NCBI GenBank assembly: GCA_965205945.1
Contig: CBDBIB010000003.1
Span: forward strand, 1 to 64,000
DNA length: 64,000 nucleotides
Source: Bdellovibrionales bacterium
GTDB lineage: Bacteria; Bdellovibrionota; Bdellovibrionia; Bdellovibrionales; UBA1609
Direction: 5' to 3'
A model generated the notes under the pieces. The model saw nothing but the letters and a program-made list of their open reading frames with translations, did no database searches and was not told the origin of the DNA. The translations under genes and the position numbers were made by a program. Within the stretch, counting starts at the first letter, position 1; each line of letters begins with the position of its first letter. Below, piece by piece: positions 54,042 through 64,000 of this stretch.

Positions 54042-54500
54042 GTGAGTGCAGAAATGGACATGCTTGTAAGTTTAATTGACTCTTTAAAGTTAAACAATAC
54101 ATTATATATACAGTTTTTAGTTTTTCTTGTAGGCTTTTTTTTCCTATATTATGTGATGTTTAAACCATATAATAAAGCAGCTCAAGCAAGATATGACCGT
54201 ACTATTGGAAATCAAGAAAATACAGATAAATATGATGAGGAAATCGAGTCTTTAAAAAGAAAATATAGTCAACGTGTAAAAGAAATTAATGAATCAACTT
54301 CATTGATTTTCTTAGATTATGATAATCGGTTTAAAAAAGAAGCGGCTAGTCTTATGTTAAAAGCTCAGCAATCATATAAGTCTGAAAAAGAGCAAAAAGA
54401 AAAAAATATAATGGACTCTTATGAAAAAGAAAAAGAAAAACTTTCAATTCTGAGTATAGAAATTAAAAAACAACTTAAAAAAGTATTGGCGGGAGCATAA
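54042..54500 (+). CDS. ATP synthase F0 subunit b'
   Basis: One TM (IQFLVFLV..FKP) plus a long charged helix; upstream of atpF. Confidence 0.8.
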   Translation: MSAEMDMLVSLIDSLKLNNTLYIQFLVFLVGFFFLYYVMFKPYNKAAQARYDRTIGNQENTDKYDEEIESLKRKYSQRVKEINESTSLIFLDYDNRFKKEAASLMLKAQQSYKSEKEQKEKNIMDSYEKEKEKLSILSIEIKKQLKKVLAGA

Positions 54501-55042
54501 ATGAAAACCATCATGGTTTTGTTTATAGGAATAGTCTTAACATCTCAGGTTTTTGCCAGTGGTGATGTCATACCTATAGGCTTTATTAAACTTCAGATTA
54601 TGAATTTTGTGGTTTTTGTTGGGTTTCTTTTTTTTCTTTCAAAATCTAGAATTGCACCACTGTTTAAACAAATACAAATTGATTATCTTAATAAGTCTAA
54701 AGAGGCTCAAAAAAAGTTAGATGATGTTAAAAACAGAAGAGATAGTTTTTTAAAAAAAATACAAAAGTTAGATAAAGACTTTGAAAAAAACATTTTAAAT
54801 GCAAAAAAACAGGCTCATATTAAATATGAAGCTAAAATTTTAGATGTTAAAAAGAATATTGAAAAAATGAATAAAGATTTACAGAATCAAATAGAAGGGT
54901 TAAAAAGAGCGCAGGTAAATGAACTTAAAGATCTTTTAATGGATAAGTCAATAAAAGGATTAAAATCAGATCTAAATTCTAAAGTTGATGAGGAATTATT
55001 ACAGAAATTACAAAATAGTTTTGTTCAAGGTGTAAGAGCGTA

Positions 55043-55043
<1 letters not shown>
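54501..55043 (+). CDS. atpF: ATP synthase F0 subunit b
   Basis: QIMNFVVFVGFL TM plus coiled coil; upstream of atpH. Confidence 0.82.
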
Positions 55044-57093
<2,050 letters not shown>

Positions 57094-57103
57094 GAAGTAA
57101 ATT

Positions 57104-57988
57104 ATGGCTAATCTAAAAGATATTAAAACACGAATAGGATCTGTTAAAAGTACAGAACAGATCACTAAAGCAATGAAATTGGTTTCAACCTCGAAGCTTA
57201 AAAAAGCACAAGACAATATTCAAGGCTGTCGTCCATATGCTTTAAATATTAAAAAGCTTATTCAAGATATCGCTCAATCAAAAAAAGTAAAACACCCTCT
57301 TTTAAAAGAAACTCAAGTTATGAGTAGTGCATCAAGTATTCTTTTTGTGGTGCTAACTTCAGACAGAGGCCTTTGTGGGGGGTTTAATAATAATGTTGCA
57401 CGATGGGCTTATAATAAGGCTAAAGAAATTTCATCAAAATATGAAAAAATTGATTTTAGTTTTATTGGCAAAAAAGGCAAAGACTACTTTAAGGCTAATA
57501 ATGTTAAAGCTAAAATTCATGTAAGATTAAACCTTGCTAAAGAAATCAGTTATTCTTTAGCTAAAGAAATTGCAGAAGACTTATTAAATTCATTTAAAAA
57601 AGGTCAGTATGATGAAATTCATATTGTCTATAATGAGTTTAAGTCTGCAATTCAACAAGATGTGGTTTGTGAAAAGTTGTTGCCATTAAAAATAAGTAGT
57701 TCAAAGTCTTTAGATAAATATGAAGATAAAGATCTTATTTTTGAACCAAATCCAGAAGAAATTATTAAAGAGTTATTAGAAAAACATTTTACAGTTCAAG
57801 TTTATAGAGTTCTTTCAGAAAGTATTGCTTCTGAGCACGCTGCAAGAATGACTGCCATGGACAATGCCTCTAACAATGCAAAAGACGCCATTGATAAGCT
57901 TACTTTACAATATAATAAAATGCGTCAAGCAGCAATTACAACAGAATTAATAGAAATCACGAGTGGTGCAGAAGCACTAAAAGGATAA
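57104..57988 (+). CDS. atpG: ATP synthase F1 gamma subunit
   Basis: ITKAMKLV, SDRGLCGGFN and RQAAITTEL. Confidence 0.97.
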   Translation: MANLKDIKTRIGSVKSTEQITKAMKLVSTSKLKKAQDNIQGCRPYALNIKKLIQDIAQSKKVKHPLLKETQVMSSASSILFVVLTSDRGLCGGFNNNVARWAYNKAKEISSKYEKIDFSFIGKKGKDYFKANNVKAKIHVRLNLAKEISYSLAKEIAEDLLNSFKKGQYDEIHIVYNEFKSAIQQDVVCEKLLPLKISSSKSLDKYEDKDLIFEPNPEEIIKELLEKHFTVQVYRVLSESIASEHAARMTAMDNASNNAKDAIDKLTLQYNKMRQAAITTELIEITSGAEALKG

Positions 57989-59401
<1,413 letters not shown>

Positions 59402-59423
59402 GATTTAAAAGTTAGGAAACAAA

Positions 59424-59840
59424 ATGGACAGCTTACAACTTACATTAGTAACACCTTTAAAGAAAATACTTGAACGTGTTGATGTTACACAAATAAAAGT
59501 GCCAGCTCAAAAAGGTCAATTAACTATTTATCCTGAGCATTCGCCATTAGTAACTACTTTAGAAATAGGGATTTTATCTTATATTGAAAAAGGTCAGTCT
59601 GAAGCCAAAAGAGCGGTGATTACCTGGGGCTACTGTGAAGTAATAAGCGGTGAAGTAAGGCTACTTACAGAAACAGCTCAAACTCTTGATGAAATTGATG
59701 TTAAAGGTGCTCAAAAGATTAAAATAGATGCTGAAAAAAGTTTAGCATCAAATAAACTAAGCCCTAAACAAGTTAAACAGACTCAAGCTCAGCTTAAAAA
59801 AGCTGAAGCTGAAATAGAGCTTTTAAATACAGAAGCGTGA
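59424..59840 (+). CDS. atpC: ATP synthase F1 epsilon subunit
   Basis: LVTP and GQLTIYPEHSPL; last gene of the operon. Confidence 0.92.
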   Translation: MDSLQLTLVTPLKKILERVDVTQIKVPAQKGQLTIYPEHSPLVTTLEIGILSYIEKGQSEAKRAVITWGYCEVISGEVRLLTETAQTLDEIDVKGAQKIKIDAEKSLASNKLSPKQVKQTQAQLKKAEAEIELLNTEA

Positions 59841-59880
59841 GTTAAAATTCACTAGAATTTAATGAATCAAAATTCTTTTT

Positions 59881-61428
59881 TTACTTAAAAGAAAGGTCTG
59901 CTAAAAAGGCTTGTATTTGTGTATTTAAAGCATAGGATCGTGTATAAGAATTTATTACTTTAACCTTACTTAGATGTTTAGATTTTATTAAGTGTGGATC
60001 TGTAGAGTTTAAAATGATGAAATTATTAGAAATGATTTTAGATAAAATTAAGTTTATTTTATTTGCTGTTTTTGTTCCTGATAAATGCAAAACACAAGTT
60101 TTTTTCTGGCATGTGGATTTAATAAGTTTTATTGAAGAAGAGAGTAGTGAAGAGTGATTTTTTTTATTAAAGCTTTTTCTAAAAAGATGATCTGAACTAA
60201 AATAGTGATACTTATTTAAAGAGGCAAGTTTTCTTGAAACAGTTTTTGAATTCTTTTTATTGAGTAAATAAGCAGATATTTTAGAGTTTAAAATATTAGT
60301 AAGTTTTAAGGATCCATGGTTAGTAAATTTTAAAGCATTCTTTTTTAAGGAATCGTGTTTCTTTTTTAACTTATAAAGTCTTGCTAAGGATTCTTTAAGA
60401 CGTTTTTTAAATTCTGGTTTATCAAGCTTATTTTTAAAAAAATTAAGGGAAGAATTTAATTTTTGACCAGCCCAGCCAATTAAAATTAAATCATGTCCAG
60501 ACATAAAACTTTTATAAGCAGCTTGTTCAAAAGTGCTTTGAATTTTAGCTCCGTTCATTTCAAGATCATCGGTAATAGCAACTTGATCTTTAGAGGTGAT
60601 CTTTCTTAAAAATTGAAGAGCTTTAGGAGAGTAAGTAACAATACCGTAATCTTTATTATCTAAAATTAGTTGAGTATGTGAAGTCATTACAAAAAATGGA
60701 ATACCAGCATGAAAGTGTTTTTTATAAGGAAGCCAATCATTTTTAGAAATTTTAGAGTAAGTAGTTTTTTTAATAGAAAGGTTTTTATGAGGATCGGTTA
60801 TAATACCACCAAGTCCAGGAAAATGCTTTAAAGTTGGAATTGTTCCACTAGTAAGCATACCCTTGGATAATTGCAAAGAAATATCAGAAACAATGCTGGA
60901 TTTTGAGCTAAGTGAGCGAGTTGAGATAAAATTTAATGAAGATTCTGATCGGATATCTACAACAGGAGCAAGATTTGAAGCTATACCTAGATCAGAAAGT
61001 AAAGATCCATATGCTTGTCCTAAATAATTTGCTACTTTCTTGCTATTAAGCATTCCAATGGATAAAGGTGTTGGGGTGTCATAAGAGGTTCCAATCCTTA
61101 CAATATCACCACCTTCTTGATCAGTAAAAGTAAAGGGCTCAATATTAGTGGAAGCTTTAATGCTATTATGAAGTTTTAAAAACTGAGTAGGATTTTTATA
61201 ATTTCTTTTAAAATAAATGATGCCCCCAAGAGGCCATTTTTTTAAGAGCTTTTTTTCATCATTTGAAAGAAAAGTTTTTTTAATCCCAGTAATAAAGATT
61301 TGAGCTATTTTTTCATTTTGTGAAAGAGATTCATACCAAGATTCAAAAGTATTTGCTGATATTTCTTTAGAAAAAGCATTGCAGTTGAGCAAACAAATAC
61401 TGATAATAAGTAAAGATCGACTTTTCAT
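59881..61428 (-). CDS. GH3 beta-N-acetylhexosaminidase (NagZ-like), exported
   Basis: Signal peptide; DQEGG, KHFPGLG, DPH and TDDLEM. Confidence 0.85.
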   Translation of the reverse strand: MKSRSLLIISICLLNCNAFSKEISANTFESWYESLSQNEKIAQIFITGIKKTFLSNDEKKLLKKWPLGGIIYFKRNYKNPTQFLKLHNSIKASTNIEPFTFTDQEGGDIVRIGTSYDTPTPLSIGMLNSKKVANYLGQAYGSLLSDLGIASNLAPVVDIRSESSLNFISTRSLSSKSSIVSDISLQLSKGMLTSGTIPTLKHFPGLGGIITDPHKNLSIKKTTYSKISKNDWLPYKKHFHAGIPFFVMTSHTQLILDNKDYGIVTYSPKALQFLRKITSKDQVAITDDLEMNGAKIQSTFEQAAYKSFMSGHDLILIGWAGQKLNSSLNFFKNKLDKPEFKKRLKESLARLYKLKKKHDSLKKNALKFTNHGSLKLTNILNSKISAYLLNKKNSKTVSRKLASLNKYHYFSSDHLFRKSFNKKNHSSLLSSSIKLIKSTCQKKTCVLHLSGTKTANKINLILSKIISNNFIILNSTDPHLIKSKHLSKVKVINSYTRSYALNTQIQAFLADLSFK

Positions 61429-61493
61429 ATAAATCTTATCGGAATAAGTGTATATAAATCAGCTGATCCATAGACTAGAATAAAAGGAGGATT

Positions 61494-62222
61494 ATGATGA
61501 GATTTTCTTGTTTTTTAGTAGTTTTGATCCTATGGACCATGTTTTCTTTTAATGATTTATTTGCATTAGAAAAAAAAGTTCAGGTGGAAGCTCCATTTAG
61601 ATATCAAAAAGCTAAAAATAATAAAATTAAGTTGATGAGTATTCCTTATCGGCAAAGACGTCCTAATTGGAGCGTAAGGTTAAATCTTGCACTAAGTCCT
61701 GGCATTCAGACTGATAAAGAAAATTTAAAAAGCAAAGGAGTTCCATTACAGCTAGATATTAGCATAAATAGAAATTTAAAGTATTTTTCTATTGGTCCAG
61801 AGGTTGGTTATTTTAAATCAACGATTTTAAATACATGTAATAATAAGATTAATTTTTCAGGTATAACAGCAGGCGCTGGCTTATACTTAGATGGTCTTTT
61901 TAAAACAGCATATTTTGTGCCTATTGTAAGCCTGGGAGTTATATTTCCTAATATTAAAATACAAACGGCAGATGCATCTTGTGTTGTTATTGGTGAAAAA
62001 GAGCTAGAGGCAAATAAATATACCATGTACTATCGTGCGGGCTTCTTAATAGGGCTTAATTGGTTAGATAAAGTACTGGCAAGTAAAGCTTTAAGTGATT
62101 ATGGGCTTCAGAATTCATTTTTATATTTGGCTACAAAGCAAATCTCATCTACTTCAGATATTGAGGAAGCAGATATAGGAACAAAAAATTATTTTGAGTA
62201 TGGTCTTCAACTAGAGTTTTAA
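61494..62222 (+). CDS. Putative outer-membrane beta-barrel protein
   Basis: Signal peptide, amphipathic strands and terminal YGLQLEF (BAM-signal-like). Confidence 0.6.
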   Translation: MMRFSCFLVVLILWTMFSFNDLFALEKKVQVEAPFRYQKAKNNKIKLMSIPYRQRRPNWSVRLNLALSPGIQTDKENLKSKGVPLQLDISINRNLKYFSIGPEVGYFKSTILNTCNNKINFSGITAGAGLYLDGLFKTAYFVPIVSLGVIFPNIKIQTADASCVVIGEKELEANKYTMYYRAGFLIGLNWLDKVLASKALSDYGLQNSFLYLATKQISSTSDIEEADIGTKNYFEYGLQLEF

Positions 62223-62281
62223 ACCTTTAATCTTAGGTTAAACACTTATGTGCAACAACGCTATTTAATAATAAAAAATTC

Positions 62282-64000
62282 CTAAGTCATTAAGTCTTTT
62301 TGTAGAGATGAAATTTCTTCATATATTTGATTCCATTTAAGATTATTTTTAGTAATTAAAAGTCTTTGATCAGGAGAGAGTGTGTATTTTTTAGATTGTG
62401 TTTTTATAAGAGAAAGTAGTGTAGAGGGGTTTATATTAGGCTTATCTATAAATTTTAAAGAAATATTTTTAGAGGTAGTTTTAAGATCTTTAACACCCAT
62501 TTTACGACAGATATTTTTCGTTGCAGATAAAAAGAACAATCCAATAATCTCATCTGGAATTTGACCAAATTGATCTTTCAACTCAAATTCTAGTTCATCA
62601 AGCTCTTGCTCGGAATCGATTTTGTTAAGTTTTCTATAATAATATAATCGAGTTTTTAAATCACCAATGTAAGAGCTTGGGATTAGAGCAGGAAGAGCGA
62701 CATTGATATCAGGATCAATAACTTTAGTAGTATTTTTTCCTTGAATTTCTAAAATAGTTTCTTCTAAAAGTTCAATGTAAAAATCGTAACCAATAGCCTC
62801 TGCATGGCCTGATTGAGATTCGCCTAATAAATTCCCTGTTCCTCTTAGCTCTAGATCATAATGAGCAATTTTAAGGCCACTTCCTAAAACAGTATGATCT
62901 TGTAGGATTTTTAATTTTTCTTTTTGATTTTTTTCAAGATTTTTATTAGGTGGAATGAGTAAATAACAAAAAGCGCGTTTCTCACTTCGACCAACGCGAC
63001 CACGGAGTTGGTATAACTGGCTAAGTCCAAGGTTTTGAGCATTATTTATGATTATGGTATTTGCTGATGATATATCCATTCCAGATTCAATAATTGTAGT
63101 GGATAAAAGAACATCAACTTTTTTATTAAAGAACCGAATCATGACAGATTCAAGTTCTTTTTCTACCATTTGACCGTGTCCTAAACTAATTCTTATATTA
63201 GGCATAGCATTTTTAAGCTCTTCGTATAGAGTATGAATAGATTGAACACGGTTATGTACAAAATAAACTTGTCCACCGCGTTTAATTTCTGTTTCAATGG
63301 CTTTTGTAATTATTTGAATATTATAGTGAGATACAAAGGTTTTAATAGGAAGTCTATCTTTAGGAGCGGTTGAAATCAAAGATAAATCACGAACACCTAA
63401 AAATCCCATATTAAGAGTTCTTGGTATGGGTGTTGCTGAAAGAGAAAGGATGTCAATGTTAGTTTTTAATTTTTTAATTCTTTCTTTTTGTTGAACACCA
63501 AATCTTTGCTCTTCATCGATAATAAGAAGTCCAAGGTTTTTAAAGTTCACATCCTGACTAAGCATTCGGTGTGTTCCTATGGTAAGATCAACAGACCCTG
63601 TAGACAATCCGTTAAGAGTATCCTTAAGGTTTAATTTTGAGATGAATCGGTTTAAACTTCTGATTTTAAAAGGCCATTGTTTAAAACGCTCTTTAAAAGA
63701 CTGTAGATGTTGAAGGCTTAAGACAGTCGTTGGAGCAAGAACTGCAACTTGTTTTCCCTCAGAAAGTGAAATGAATGCAGCCCTCATGGCAACTTCTGTT
63801 TTTCCAAAACCAACATCGCCACAAACCAAGCGATCCATAGGAAAATCTTTTCGAAAATCTTTATAAATAGAATCAATGGTTTCTAATTGATCTTTTGTCT
63901 CTTCAAAAAGAAACTGATTTTGAAATAAAGTAATATCATTAGAGCTAGTTATTAAAGGTGGCCTATGTACGGTTTTTCTTTTTGCATAAAGCTCAATTAA
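62282..64000 (-). CDS. mfd: Transcription-repair coupling factor Mfd (5'-truncated by window)
   Basis: MDRLVCGDVGFGKTEVA, DEEQRFG, SATPIPRTL and QLRGRVGR; frame is open to the window edge. Confidence 0.96.
   Translation of the reverse strand, partial: LIELYAKRKTVHRPPLITSSNDITLFQNQFLFEETKDQLETIDSIYKDFRKDFPMDRLVCGDVGFGKTEVAMRAAFISLSEGKQVAVLAPTTVLSLQHLQSFKERFKQWPFKIRSLNRFISKLNLKDTLNGLSTGSVDLTIGTHRMLSQDVNFKNLGLLIIDEEQRFGVQQKERIKKLKTNIDILSLSATPIPRTLNMGFLGVRDLSLISTAPKDRLPIKTFVSHYNIQIITKAIETEIKRGGQVYFVHNRVQSIHTLYEELKNAMPNIRISLGHGQMVEKELESVMIRFFNKKVDVLLSTTIIESGMDISSANTIIINNAQNLGLSQLYQLRGRVGRSEKRAFCYLLIPPNKNLEKNQKEKLKILQDHTVLGSGLKIAHYDLELRGTGNLLGESQSGHAEAIGYDFYIELLEETILEIQGKNTTKVIDPDINVALPALIPSSYIGDLKTRLYYYRKLNKIDSEQELDELEFELKDQFGQIPDEIIGLFFLSATKNICRKMGVKDLKTTSKNISLKFIDKPNINPSTLLSLIKTQSKKYTLSPDQRLLITKNNLKWNQIYEEISSLQKDLMT

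Overview
AT-rich bacterial chromosome segment spanning the replication origin. Gene content and order point to Bdellovibrionota or a close relative (inference): dnaA-oriC-dnaN-recF-gyrB-gyrA-TPR-atpI/B/E on one side, rpmH-rnpA-yidD-yidC-jag-mnmE-mnmG-rsmG-parS-parAB-bactofilin-atpF'FHAGDC on the other, plus a three-subunit SdhCAB, a triple PPIase/SurA-pdxA cluster and a fibre-like adhesin. Most of the window is housekeeping (dusB, mtgA, tolQRAB, rrf2-sufBCDS-nfu, sdh, etf, S8 protease, nagZ, mfd). The accessory part is the first ~5.6 kb. It holds the 3' end of a giant fibre/adhesin gene with near-identical 969-bp modules and a BspA/DUF285 75-bp repeat array in which every variable codon changes the amino acid and units look recombinationally shuffled. 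Next comes a decayed 1.7-kb IS1202/IS481-like element whose transposase carries an extra C-terminal tandem-HTH module. Other notable signals: a DnaA-box cluster ~22.6 kb from oriC (datA/DARS-like candidate), oriC with DnaA-trios, paired parS sites, a lipoprotein gene with no canonical start codon lying in frame right after the gyrA stop, and a c-subunit with a signal-peptide-like extension and partial Na+-site signature. No database searches were run; family calls come from recognised motifs and synteny.
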